Origin: Mobula hypostoma
Taxonomy: Eukaryota
Reading direction: 5' to 3'
Length of the DNA stretch: 64,000 bases
Assembly (NCBI RefSeq): GCF_963921235.1
Contig: NC_086108.1
Coordinates: 26,040,001-26,104,000, forward strand
Under the pieces are notes generated by a model. The model worked only from the letters and a program-made list of their open reading frames with translations. It was not told the origin of the DNA and searched no databases. The position numbers and the translations under genes were made by a program. Position 1 is the first letter of the stretch. Each line of letters begins with the position of its first letter. Positions 1 through 12,599 of the stretch are shown here, piece by piece.

Positions 1-222
1 TGTGTCTGTTGCTAAATCCCAGTGGAAGTAGTTGAAGTTAAAGATGATCCATTGAATTTGGAATCTAGTGGGATGGAATGTGAGGATAAGGGGTACCTCA
101 TCATTTCTCTGCTCAGGAAGGGAGAGGACAACAGTAGAATACAAGAAAGCGAGGAGATGAAACTGAGAGCACTGTCAACTATGATATGTAGAAATCACAA
201 TTCAGGAAAAAGGAAGATATCC
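1..222 (-). mobile_element. Ancient Penelope-like element fragment (RT thumb/linker region)
   Basis: Aligns by eye with 43321-43550 of the young Penelope copy (e.g. ctagtgggatggaatgtgaggataaggggtacc vs ctggtggggtggtaggtgaggaccaggggaacc; aaaaaggaagatatc vs aaaaaggaagacatc). Confidence 0.65.
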
Positions 223-294
223 TAAAAGCATTGTTCATTGCCAATATAGCCGGACAGTATGGATGCAAACAACTATCTGTAAAAGACAGACATA

Positions 295-490
295 AAGATT
301 AGCTTTAATTGTCATACTGATGGTAAAACACACAATAGAATATATTCTTTTACGGACTGTGTTGTGCAGCATATAACTCTCGCCACCAGAGCTTGCCCAC
401 AACTCACCAACCCGAGCCAGATGACTTTAGAATGTGGGTAGAAAACAGAGCACCTGGAAGAAGCTCATACAGTCACAGGGAGAATGTACT
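295..490 (-). mobile_element. Degraded HE1/V-SINE-like SINE
   Basis: gaatgtgggtagaaaacagagcacctggaagaagctcatacagtcacagggagaatgtac matches the SINE core seen at 63925-64000. Confidence 0.7.
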
Positions 491-2900
491 AATCCAAGTT
501 TCCAGCACTTGGTCCATAATCTTCTGTGTCATGCCATTTCAAATACGAATCTAAATTCATTTTAAATATTGTGAAAGTATCTACATCCAAGATCCTCTCA
601 AGCAGTAAGTCTAAGGCTTTATCTACCCTCTGGGGAAAATACTCCCCAAACATCCAACCATTTAGCTCAAACCTATGCATTTTGGTTGAGGGGAAAAGTT
701 TTTCAATATCTGCCTAACGGTGGCGACCCACCTCCACTGGTGGCGTAAGTAATGTTTTTTTAAAGTTGTACTGTGATCTTCCGATTTATAATCTAAGCTC
801 CAACTAATGAAAGCAAATATTCCAAATACCTTTTAACTATCATATCTCCATGATCTGCTGGATTCAGAGACCCTTAGATGGTAGGTACATTGAGGAATAT
901 CTGTTTTATGGCCCCATTGCATATATCCTAATTTTATGAGCCAATCCACAATGTAGCATCTCACATTTATTAGTATTAAGTTTCACACAATGTTGGAGTG
1001 CTATCTTGCCAACTGATCAATATTATTCTATAGCCAAGCATACTGATCATGTACTCACATTCACAGCCAGATTATGAATTTATTTAAGCCTTCTCACTTA
1101 CCCCTGAGGTAATCCACTGGTAACAGAATTACACACACACACAAACAGCCCTTCTTTGCCATTATCCTCTGCTTCCTCTCAACAAGCCAACTTTGCATCC
1201 AGTTTTTCAAATGGCCCTGGATTCTATGGATGCTTACATTTTGAACTATTTTTAACAAAAGAGTATGACTGGAACCTTCCTGGAGATTATGTAGATTACG
1301 TCAATTTGTACTGCCTTCATTTATATACTTGGTCATCTCCTCAAATTCAATAAATGTCATTTGTCAAAATCTTCCATTAACAAATCCACAATAACTATCC
1401 TTGATTAGTTACTGCCTCTCCAAGTACAAATCAAGTGTGTCTTGCAATATTTTCCAATAGTTTTATGCCAGAAAGCCATCTCTCAGGCAAAGTGGAGATT
1501 CCGGACTAGACTGAAATCAATGAGCAATGTTTGACAGCTGTGGCAGGGTTTGAATGCCATAACCTCCTACAAAGTTATATCTTGTGACATAGGGGACAGC
1601 AGAGCTTCACTTCCAGGTGAGCTCAATGACTTCTATATTTGCTTTGACTGTCAGAACAGGGTTTGAAAACTTGGCTGAGTGGTGTAATAACACCAACCTC
1701 ACACACAATGTCAATAAGACCAAGGGACTTCAGGAGAGGGAAACCAGACAGAGATCCATGAGTCAGTAATCATCGGAGGATCAGAGGTGGAGAGGGTCAG
1801 TAACTTTAAATTCCTGAGTGTCACTATCTCAGGGGAAACATCCTGGACAATCATATAAATATTATTGCGAAGAAAGCACTGTCGTGTCTCTACTTCCTCA
1901 GGAACCTGCGGAGGTCTGGCATGGCATTGAAAACCTTGGCATACATGTGTGGTGGAAAGTGTGCTGACTCACTGCATCATAGCCTGGTATGGGAACGTCA
2001 GTGCCTTTGAGCGGAAAATCCTACAAAAGGTAATGGATTCAGCCCAGTGCATCACGGATAAAACCCTCCCAACCATTGATCACATCTACATGAAACATTG
2101 CTGTAGAAAAGCAGCATCCATCATCAAAGATCCTCACCACCCAGGCCATTCTCTTTTCTTGCTGCTGCCATCAGGTAGAATGCACAGGTGCCACAGGACT
2201 CGCACCACCAGTTTCAAGAACAGTTATTGCCTCTCAACCATCAGGCTCTTGAACAACAGGGGATAACTACGTTCATTTAAGGATTTTGTTATATTGTTAT
2301 CTCATGCTTGTTATTTATTGTTATTTATTTATATCTGCATTTGCACAGCTTGTTTACAGCTTATAGTCCCTGATGTTTACAGTTTACAGTTACTCTTCTA
2401 TAGATTTGCTAAGTATGTCCGCAGAAAAAGAATCTCAGTATTGTATGTGGTGACATATAATATATATATACTCTGATAATAAGGTTTACTTTGAATTTGA
2501 GATTTGAACCTCTGATGTTAGATTCACTAGTCTGTCAATATCTGATTTATCCCTGTTGATCTTCTTGAATAAAGGAACCACATTCACTGTGCTTCAGTCA
2601 TCTGGCATCTCTTCCATGTCCATGGATTCAAACATTTCTGATAGAATCCTTTCAGTCCCTTCCGTGTTTCCTATGGCAGTCTGGGATTAATCGACCTTTA
2701 AAACTGCTGGGATGTTGAATCCATTTTCCATCAACTCATTCCCTGATTTTCCCAATTATACCATTATTTTCCATTGTGAATTCAGGTAAGATATATTTAT
2801 CCAAGACCTGACATACATCCTTCAGCTTCATGCACAGGTTGTTACTCTGGTCCCTACTCTTTCCCTGCTAAGCTACTTACTCTTGAATTGCAGCAAATTT
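491..2900 (-). mobile_element. Old CR1 LINE (RT and 3' end), split by a Rex1 insertion at ~1470-2508
   Basis: Minus ORF 489..680 contains FPQRV and YGPSAG (CR1 ORF2 C-terminus); 2510-2620 is the reverse complement of the decayed PLFKKG..NYRPVSLTS region. Confidence 0.7.
1470..2508 (+). mobile_element. Rex1/Babar non-LTR retrotransposon, 5'-truncated and internally deleted
   Basis: ORF 1949..2266 VESVLTHCIIAWYGN...IIKDPHHPGHSLFLLLPSGR; T-rich 3'UTR, AATAA and a (TTGAA)-type tail. Confidence 0.9.
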
Positions 2901-2907
2901 GGAGGTT

Positions 2908-3555
2908 TTAGATTAGATTATGAGGACACTCGGTACTGATTTATTGTCATTTAGAAACGCATGCATGCGTTAAGAAATGATACAATGTTCCTCCAGAGTG
3001 ATATCACAAGAAAAAGGACAAACCAAAGACTAACACTGACAAGACCACAGCAGTGCAAAGCAATACCATAATTTGATAAAGAGCAGACCATAGGAACGGT
3101 TAAAAAAAGTCTCAAAGTTCTGATCAACTCCTGATAGTCCCTGATAGCAGGCGGTAGAAGAGAGGAGCTCTCTCTGCCATAAACCTCCAGGCACCGACAA
3201 CTGTCGATGCATTGGAAGCACCCGAACACGGCCGACTCACAGAAGATTTCGAGCCTCCGACCAGCCCTTTGACACCGAGAACCGAGCACCATCTCTGCCG
3301 AGTGCTTCGACCCCGTCCCGGCCACCGAGCAACAAGCAAAGCCGAGGATTCGGGGCCTTCCCCTCCAGAGATTCTGAATCACGCAGTAACAGCGGCAGCA
3401 AAAAAGGCATTTCAGAAGTTTCTCCAGATGTTCCTTCATTCTCTCACGTCTGTCTCCATCAAATCAGAATTGTGCACTGCACGCTACTTGACAGATTACA
3501 GATATCATTCACCGGAGTGGCCGCGCAAGCTGTGTAGCACCACCATCTTCTCCTC
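2908..3555 (-). mobile_element. Non-coding non-autonomous retroelement with a Rex1-type 3' tail
   Basis: Minus strand starts ggagAAGATGGtg, has a CpG-rich body, and ends aatgacaataaa...(aatct)n like the Rex1 end at 10020-10045. Confidence 0.6.
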
Positions 3556-5158
3556 CTCCATCTGTGAAAAGGTGTGGAAAGTCTTCTCATCAGAACATTT
3601 ACAATAGAGATGGCAGTACTGGGAACATAGAACGGAGATCTTATAAGAAGCAAAATCGGAGGAGATCACTGTGGAATTCAGTGACCTTGAAATAGATGCT
3701 GAAATTAAAATAATATATAGTCTTCAGGAAACCATCTAAAAGTTGTTGAACCACGGACAAACTATTCCCCACCTTTTCTAATAATAGGCAGACTGTTCTT
3801 ATTGAAGCAACAAGAAAAAACTTAGTGCTTTAAAATTGAAAGAAAAAACAGGGATTTGAAGCAGGGAATGTGAATAAATGACAATCAAAGCAGTTGTATT
3901 AGATATGAGCTACAACGCACCACCAGTTAGAATGTGAAGAGAGCTAATCACGTATTAATATGGCATCCACTACTAGAAGGACTCCTCACAGACTGAAAAG
4001 CCTTTGTAAGTGTATGTTGGCAGGTTTTGGAGTTATGAGTAGTTAATGATCTAATAGATCAGCATGATGGTGGGTGCTTTTAGAGCTCAAGAAATGGTGT
4101 AGGCAATTGCAATGGCCCAAAGCTCCTTAGGTCATAATCATTAAACACCTCATGGATACTTCCATCATTTCTGTAATTTTTCATGAAGGCACCAAATGAT
4201 ATTCCTAAATTTCTATGCAAACAGAAACTACTGGTGTCTGCACATACTGAAAGCTAGACAACATTCAGATGTGAACAAGTCTATTATTCTGCATTCTCAA
4301 AAAGACAGTTGTCTCTAACGCGTGGTACAGTAGTTGGAACTATGCATGTGATGCCTGAGATATTCAGCAAAGCAGCTTCGATCCTGACACTCCCATGCTG
4401 GCAGCTATTTGTAAATTACCCCGAGTGTAGGTAAATAGTAGGAAGGAACAAATGGGATGTGATGTGTGGAAGAATCTGTCAACCAGCTGGTGTTGGTGAA
4501 CATGGACCTGATAAGCTGAACCGATTCCTATCCTATCTAAACCTTTTGCATATATTCTCACCCAAAGTATCTTCAGTCAATCAAACCAGTCTTTTCACAG
4601 AAATAATTAGTTTTAATATAGAAACATAGGTTGAATATGGCATTCCCATTTCTTACATGCTTCTCTCCACTCACTTGGGTGCGAAAATCTAATCTATACC
4701 CAACCTTACCTAAAGTATATGATGAGACAATGCAGTTGCCTTAATAAAAGTGTCATGCTCAACTCTCTGACAACAATATCACATAGATCTTGAACATTCA
4801 TGCTTTAATTATTATTGAGATATACAAGGAAACAAGTCTTGCACAGTTAATGAGCATAAATTTTCAAAAAGCCTCAACTTGATTAAATTTACAAGGTTAT
4901 ATTCTGTTGGCAGCTTCATCTTTTGCTGTGTCGACAGTAATCCAGCAGGGAGTACAACAAACACCTTAGGACCCCATTAGAGGAGCAGCCTTACTGGATT
5001 ATGTTTGACATAAATTTATTGCAGAACCTCAGAAGAGAAACATGAATTTATTGAAGAACCTAGAAGAGACGACAACATCGATATCAAGCCTTGTGATGAA
5101 TGCTCTAAGTAATTTCTATAAAAGAAGTGAATAAACTCCTGTTCTTATGTTATAAGTA

Positions 5159-5440
5159 GGGGTGGCACAATAGTGTAGTGGTTAGCACAACGCTTTATAG
5201 TACAGACGACCGGGTTTGATTCCCAACGCTGCTCGTAAGGAGCCTGTACATTCCTTCCAAGACCACATGATCTCCGAATGCTCTGGTTTCTTCCAACCTT
5301 TGAAAGACCTACCAGTTGGTAAGTTAATTGATCATTGTAAATTGTCCTGTGTTTAGGCTAGGGTTACTGTGTGGCACGGCTCAAAGGGCCAGAAGGGCCT
5401 ACTCCACGCTGTATCTCAACAAATAAAAAATAAATAAATA
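5159..5440 (+). mobile_element. tRNA-derived HE1/V-SINE-like SINE, full length
   Basis: A-box-like tagtgtagtgg, B-box-like ggtttgattcc, V-like core, CR1-like gggccagaagggcct and an (aaat)n tail. Confidence 0.85.
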
Positions 5441-5812
5441 TACTGCTAGAATGCATGGTGTGGCCAATTCTCGATACCCACCACCCTCTCCTGTGTTTAT
5501 ACCAAGCAACAATTTCCCAGAAGATGAGATTACTTGAGACTGTAATGAATTTGGATTTCTCTGAAATCTCAGAGCTGAACATTATGTGCCGTTGCACATC
5601 AGGTCTCACTTAGGCTGGCTGGATAGAAAGATTAATGCTGACACTCCATTCTCTGAAGCATTTACATTTCAGTCGGAGGAGATCACAATATACTTGTCCT
5701 TACTAAAGGATAGTTTCCATCAAACACAACGCAGACAACCTTAATTAGATGCAATAAAATCCACTCCATTTAGCTTTAAAGTATCCTGCCCAGATGGAAA
5801 CAAATTTCTTAC

Positions 5813-5874
5813 ATCTATAACTTTCACCTTCACTGCCTCATCAGCAGCTTTCTCCAGATTTAACAAGGCTCCAC
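5813..5874 (-). other. Candidate host exon (62 nt; (G)GALLNLEKAADEAVKVKVID)
   Basis: Acceptor ttttcatttaattttgctcccag, donor GAT|gtaaga, open frame, no repeat similarity noticed; protein not recognised. Confidence 0.35.
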
Positions 5875-6369
5875 CTGGGAGCAAAATTAAATGAAAACAG
5901 AAATAAATCTGATTTTCTTGAGAGTGGGAATGTTTGATTTGAAATACAACTGACTTCAATGGAATCTATTTGAAGTTTTCAGGGTGATACTGGGAATTGT
6001 TTTTCTCAACTATAGTGAAAAGTTTAAGGGTCTGATATATATAAAAAAGCGCATTTTAAGTTTCAGAGCGATGCACTTTGTGCAGAAATAGATTATCAGG
6101 CAGATCATACACATGGTGTATATGTCCTTAACACAAGATGCTTTTCATTGGAAACATGAACTATATTTACGGATTTGTATTATTTTAACATAGGTGATAA
6201 CACTCTTTGGTTGAAACTGGTCATTAACACAGTACATGGACAAATGTGGAATCAGAGGCCCTAATAAAATTCAAGTTAATGGAGATCAGATGCCATTGCA
6301 TGGAATCAAATCTCATGTAAAGATGGCTCTTGTTATTAGAGGTCAGTCATTTCAGCCAAAGGACATCAA

Positions 6370-7782
6370 AGGTGAGCTGAATGTCTTTTTATATTTGCTT
6401 TGAATGATAGAACATTCATGAGTTCTCACAGCCCCTGGCGACCTGTATTTTATCTCTGAGGCCGAAGTGAGAGCATCCATCAGGAGGTGAATCTATGGAT
6501 GATGTACCTCGGTCAGTACTAAAGATCTGTGCTAATCAACTGTCTAGATCTTTAAACTCTTTCTGGCAGTCTGAGGTACCCACCTGCTTCAAGCAGGCTT
6601 TCATCACACCGCTGCCTAAGAAGAATGTGGTACTTAGATCCAGTGTGATGAAGTGCACTGAGAGGTTGGTCATGAAGCATATCAACTCCTACCTACGAAG
6701 TGACTTGAATTCGCTCAAATTTGCTTACTATCACCACAGCAGATGCCATTTCATTGGCTCTTCACTCAGTCCTGAAACAGCTGGACAGTGAAGATGCAGA
6801 TACCTGGATGCTCTTCATAGACTACAGTTCAGCATTCAACACCATCATCCCCTCAAAATTAACTAATAAGCTCCTAGGCTTCAATAACCCCTTAGGTCCT
6901 CAATTTCCTCAGAACTCAGTCAGTTCTGGTTGGCTACAACATCTCCACAATGCACCACAAGCCTGTGTGCTTAGCCCCTTGCTCTGCTTGCTTTATACTT
7001 GTGACTGTGAGGCTAAGTACAATTCCAATACCATATTTAAGTTTGCTGAATAAGTTTGTTGTTGGCCAAATTAGCATATAGGAGGCAGACTGAAAATCAG
7101 GTTGAATGGTACCACAACAACAATGTTGGCAAAATCAAGGAGCTGACTATTGACTACAGGAGCAAGAAACCACAAGTCCATGAGCCAATTGGCATTAAGG
7201 GACTGGAGGTGGAGAAAGTCAGTAAAATTAAGTTCCTTGGCGTTAACATTTCAGAGGATCTGTCCTGCGACCAGCTTGTAAGTGTCATTACAAAGAAGGC
7301 ACAGAAGTGCCTCTATTTTCTTAGAATTTTCCGCAGACTCGACATGTTATCTAAAACTCCAACAAACTTCTATAGATAAACTATGGAGAGTGCACTGACT
7401 GGTTGCATCACCAATGCTCATAAACAGAAAAGCCTGCGGAAATGGTGGATACAGCTTAATCCATCTCCCCAGCTGAAACAGCCTGGATACGTTCACTCAC
7501 ATCATTACTGAAATGACTCCATAACCTACAGACTTACTGTCAAGAACTTTGCAGCTCATGTTCTCAGTATTATTTATTATCTATTTATTTTTGTGTTTAC
7601 TCAGTTTGCCTTCTTTTGCAGATTGGTTGATTATTCGTCTTTGTGTGTAGCTATTCATTGCTTCTATTGTATTTCTTTGTTCTACTGTGAAACTCCGGAA
7701 GAAAATGAATCTCCGAGTAGTTTATGGTGACATATACTGTACATACTTTGATAATAAATTAACTTGGAACTTTAAACTTTGA
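6370..7782 (+). mobile_element. Degraded Rex1/Babar LINE (RT to 3' tail)
   Basis: Frameshifted ORFs with VPTCFKQ, MLFIDYSSAFNTIIP, PQACVLSPLL, KFLGVNISEDLS; AATAAA and an (AACTTTG)-like tail. Confidence 0.9.
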
Positions 7783-7961
7783 AGCACGAGTCTTTCAGGA
7801 CCACATGCTAGTCCCAACCAAATTTAGCCACTTTATCACTGACCTTTTTTATATTCTATCAGTAGTAGTGGCCATTCATTATCATTGTTGAGTGTCCACT
7901 TGCACATGCAGCCCCTCAAACAACTAAACAGTCCAGCTACTACAGAGGAGGAGGAGCGCAT

Positions 7962-10935
7962 GAAGCTGACAGATCAGAAAGTGAATAAGTCACCAGAACT
8001 GGATGGACTACAACCCAGCATTCTGAGAGAGTTAGCTGATGAGATTGTGGAGGCATTATTAGTGATCACTGAAGTCAGAAATGATTCCAGTGGACTGGAA
8101 AATTGTAAATGCCACTCCACTCTTTAAGAAGGGAAAGAGGCAAAAGACAGGAAATTATAGGCCAGTTAGCCTGACTTCAGTGGTTGGCAAGATCTTAGAG
8201 TCTATTATTAAGGATAAGGCTTTGGGGTACTTGGAGGCACACGATAAAATAGGTCAAAGTGAGCATTGTCTCCTTAAAGGGAAATCTTGCCTGACAAATC
8301 TGTTGGAATTCACTGGGGAAATAACAGGCAGGATATACAAAGCTGGGTCAGTGGATGTTATTTACTTGGATTTACAGAAGAATGTTAACAGGATGCAACA
8401 CGTGAGTCTGCCACACAAGATAAGAGCCCATGATATTACAGGAAGGGTACCACCTAGGTCAGAAGATTGGCTGACTGACAGAAAGCAAAGAATGGGAATA
8501 AAGGGAACCTTTTCTGGTTTGCTCCTGGTGACAAGTGGTGTTCCACAGGGATCAATGTTGGGTCCACTACTTTTCACATTGTATGTTAATGATTTGGATG
8601 ACAGAATTGATGACTTTGTAGCCAAGTTTGTGGATAATACACATATATAATACACCATTGTGCCAGTGCTGAAGCTTTCCACTGCCACAGGCCTGAATGA
8701 CTTCCGCCCAGTTGCATTCACCCCCATCATTGCAAACTGCTTTGAGAGACTCGTTCTATCACATCTGAAATCCTGTCTGCCCACTACCCTGGATCCCCAT
8801 CAATTTGCCTATTGCACCAACAGGTCAACAGAGGACGCCATCTCCATGGCACTTCACTCTGCCCTGACCCACCTGGACAGCCCCAACTCTTACATCAGAA
8901 TGCTGTTCATTGACTTTAGTTCGGCATTCAATACTGTGATCCCCTTCAAGCTGATCACAAAACTTCGCCAGCTTGGTATTGGCTCATCCCTCTGCAAATG
9001 GACCTTGGACTTTCTGACTAACAGTCCCCAATCAGTTAAGTTAGACAACCTCTCCTCCTCCACTCTCACCTTGAACATCGGCGTGCCTCAAGGCTGTGTG
9101 CTGAGCCCTCTTCTGTACTCCCTTTTCGCCTATGACTGAGTTCCTGTACATGGTTCTAGCTCCATAATCAAGTTCGCAGATGACACCACGGTGGTTGGCC
9201 TGATCAAAAGGAATTATGAGATGGCGAGGAACGAGGTCCAGCACCTGGCCGCGTGGTGTGCTGACAACAACCTGACCCTTAATACCCAGAAGACCAAGGA
9301 GATTATTGTGGACTTCAGGCATGCTAGGAGCAACACTCATGTCCCCATCAACATCAACAGAGCTGTAGTAGAGCGTGTATCAAGCTTCAAGTTCCTTGGT
9401 GTCTACATTTCTGAGAAACTCACCTGGTCCCTGAACTCCTCTATCCTGATCAAAAGGGCACAACAGCTCCTTTATTTCCTGTGGAGGTTCAAGAAAGCTC
9501 ACCTCTGTCCCAGGATACTGACGGACTTTTACCGCTGTACTATTGAGAGCATACTCACCAACTGCATCTCAGTGTGGTATGGCAATTGTCCCGTATTGGA
9601 CCGCAAAGCACTCCGGCGTGTGGTGAAAACTGCCCAGTGGATTATCAGCACCAAATTCCCCACCATTGAGAACATCTACCATAAACGCTGCCTGGGCAGG
9701 GAGAAAAGCATTATCAAGGATGTCTCTCACCCTAACCATGGACTTTTTACTCTCCTCCCATACGATAGGCGCTACAGGAGCCTCCGCTTCCACACCAGCA
9801 GGCACAGGAAGAGCTTCTTCCCTGAGGCTGTGACCCCGCTAAACCTCACATCGCAGCACTAAGCAGTATTGCACCCATATTGTACTGTCTCAGTACTTTT
9901 ATATTTGTGTGCTGTAGCACTTACTTTTTATTCACAGTTATTTTGTAAATAACATTATTCTTTGCATTTCTGGTTAGATGCTAACTGCATTTCATTGGCT
10001 TTGTATCTGTACTTAGCACAATGACAATAAAGTTGAATCTAATCTGCTCTAATATAGGTGAAGGTGCATGTAGTGTTGAGAAAGTAGGGAGTTTGCAAAA
10101 GGACAAACAGATTAGGAGAATGGACAAAGAAAAAAGTGGCAGATGAAATATACTGTATGGAAGTGCACGGTCAGGCACTTTGGTAGAAGGAATAAAGGAG
10201 TCGAATATTTTCTAACCAGAGAGAAAGTTCAGAAATTGGAAGTGAAAGGGGACTTGGGAATCCGAGTGCACGATTGCCTGAAGGTTTACTTGCAGGAAGG
10301 CAAATGCAATGTTAGTTTTTATATCAAATTAACTAAAATATAAAAAGCAGAGGTGTAATGCTGAGGCTTTAGCAGACATGGGTCAAACTACATTTGCAGC
10401 ACTGTCTGCAGTTTTGAGCCCAATTATCCAAGAAAGGCTGTGCAGGAATTGCAGAGAATGGAAAGAGTCCAGAGGACACTTATGAGAATAATCCCTGAAG
10501 TGAAAGGGTTAACGTATGAGGTTCATTTGATGGCTCTCTATTTGCTGGTGTTTTGAAGAATGAGGGGTATCTCATTAAAACCTGCTGAATATATATGATG
10601 GAGTGGATATTTCCAATAGTGGGAGAGTCTAGTTCCAGAGGGCACAGACTTAGACTAAAAGAACATCCCTTTGGAAGAGAGATGAGGAGGATTTTCTTTA
10701 GCCAGAAGGTGGTGAATCTGTGGAACTCATTGCTGTAATTAGTTGTGGAGGCCAAGTCATTGGTTACACTTAAAGTGGAGATTATTAGATACTTAAATAG
10801 TAAGGGCATCAATATATTTGGGAAGAAGGCAGGAGAATAGGGTTGAGAAGGATAATTAATCAGCCATGATTGAATGGTTGAGCAGACTCAATGGGCTAAA
10901 TAGCATAAATCTGCTGCTATGCCTTATGGTCATAT
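7962..10935 (+). mobile_element. CR1 LINE (RT to 3'UTR), interrupted by Rex1 at ~8648-10051
   Basis: ORF 8081..8650 TPLFKKG, NYRPVSLTS, SGVPQGSMLGP, AKFVDNT; resumes at ~10052 (IG..) through HFGRRN, FFSQKVVNLWNSL and the 3'UTR. Confidence 0.92.
8648..10051 (+). mobile_element. Young 5'-truncated Rex1/Babar LINE; RT frame 8660-9862 with one nonsense codon
   Basis: ORFs 8660..9139 and 9191..9862 share a frame (TGA 9137-9139); [35 protein letters not shown] and (AATCT) tail; possible ATATA TSD. Confidence 0.95.
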
Positions 10936-11470
10936 AACGTGAAATGTTCATCCTGTTTTAGTAGATAGCGTAGTTTATGTGAATAATTTTTCATTGACTT
11001 TATTGGGATTCACCTCAAAACTATTTGCTACATTTCTCATGAAAGTACTGTTCTGTTCTCTACTTCTCTAATTCTAGAGGTTTCGAGTGGGACAGTACAT
11101 ATAAGTAGATCTGAACTCAGTCCTTTCTAGGAATTCTATAATTAATTCTCTTCAGTCCAGTACACTCACTGAGGGTAAAGCTCATTTTTCCTTGATGCAT
11201 ATTGAGGTGGATGAATTGCGTCAGTTCTGAATTCTGGCTGTTATTGGAATGGTGAATGGTAGTCATGAAAATGTTCAGTTCAGGCATAGCGAGATTGTGT
11301 GCCGAGAACTCCCCTAGACATGCTCATTAGGAAGCATCAAATCTCATCTCAGACAGGGAACTCAGAGCAAAAGAAGACTTGGAATGAAATGAGATAGTTT
11401 TAAATCCAAGTAAGATGGGTAACAGGCAGCATCTCTTGCATTACTCTACCACTCAGTCCCTTGAACATAT

Positions 11471-11815
11471 TGTGGTGTGCATTTGGTCCATGATGACAGA
11501 CGAGAAAAACTCGTTTATCTCAACTGCCATTTTTATTGCAATAAGCATAATATTAGGCAGAGCGCCATCCCTCGGTGAGAACCAACTCAGTTACATACAG
11601 GCAGAGGAGGTGATTATTACACACCCCGGATACAAGCAGGGTGACTCACAAACACACGAGTGAACAACTGTATCACCCAAGCTAAAATGTAACAATAAAT
11701 GAACTTGAACATTTCCCCATAATTCCACGAACACATTTTAAAACAAGAACAATGAGTAGTGCTGGCTGCTAGGATTGTTGGGACGAGCTGTTCACCAGGC
11801 CCCCAGAGTGCTACA
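11471..11815 (-). mobile_element. Possible solo LTR
   Basis: TGT...ACA termini, internal tttatt (minus-strand AATAAA), CpG-richer than flanks; TSD unconvincing (atat/acgt). Confidence 0.3.
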
Positions 11816-11844
11816 ACGTGATTTTAGTTGTAACTATTAATTTT

Positions 11845-12080
11845 GAAGATTCAAAGTACAGTTTTCAACAAAGTATGTATGCAGTATACAACCTCAAGCT
11901 TCATCTTCCTGTAGGCAGCCATGAAATAAAGAAACACCATGGAACCCGTTCAAAGAAAACATCAAACACCAACTGTGCATAAATCCTGAATCATGCAAAT
12001 GGTAAAAAAAAATACAGAGAGTATTAAACATAAAACCACAGAATCCTTGAAACACTCTAGGAATATTCAGTTTTGATCAG
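11845..12080 (-). mobile_element. 3' end of a Rex1-tailed element
   Basis: aagattcaaagtacag...gcagtatacaacctcaagcttcatcttcctgtaggcagccatgaaataaag is the reverse-complement equivalent of 49135-49225. Confidence 0.6.
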
Positions 12081-12599
12081 GTTATTTCTTTATTAATTAG
12101 TTGTATTTTGGTTGAGTCAACCATTTGTAAAGAACAGAACAAATATTATGGGTTAAACCAATCAGAAAGGACAGAGGGAAAAGAGCCTGTGACACTCGTA
12201 CTAATTAGAGTTAGCAAACATATGAATTGGAAACATGTTATTCACACAGTCCCTTAAATATAGTCTTGGTAACCTTCTATCCCCATGATTAAAAAGCATC
12301 TACTCCAGCTATCTCTCCCTTATAAAGAATCAAAGGCTGATGACTGTTGATGTCCAAAGAGAGAAGAATAATCACCTCTCCTCTGTGGTAAAAGTATAAC
12401 TAACAAATTGTCGAAACAAAATTAATATTGATTGAAGTACAAAACAAGACAACTGGTTATGATGTACATCCAATAAAAGGATGGGGGAAGAAACATTGCA
12501 AGCAAGCATGTGAAATGAACAAAAAATATGAAGTAGGAGTAATTAAATATTTTATGACTTTCATTTAAATGTTAACTATAGCTGCTAATAAAGTATGAA

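Noticed and set aside
2951..3607. 162-aa and 131-aa ORFs
   Set aside because: They lie in a GC-richer non-coding repeat and show no recognisable domains
5159..5230. tRNA-like A/B boxes (also near 14755, 19580-19640 and 26340)
   Set aside because: They are SINE heads followed by SINE body and tail; no complete cloverleaf was seen
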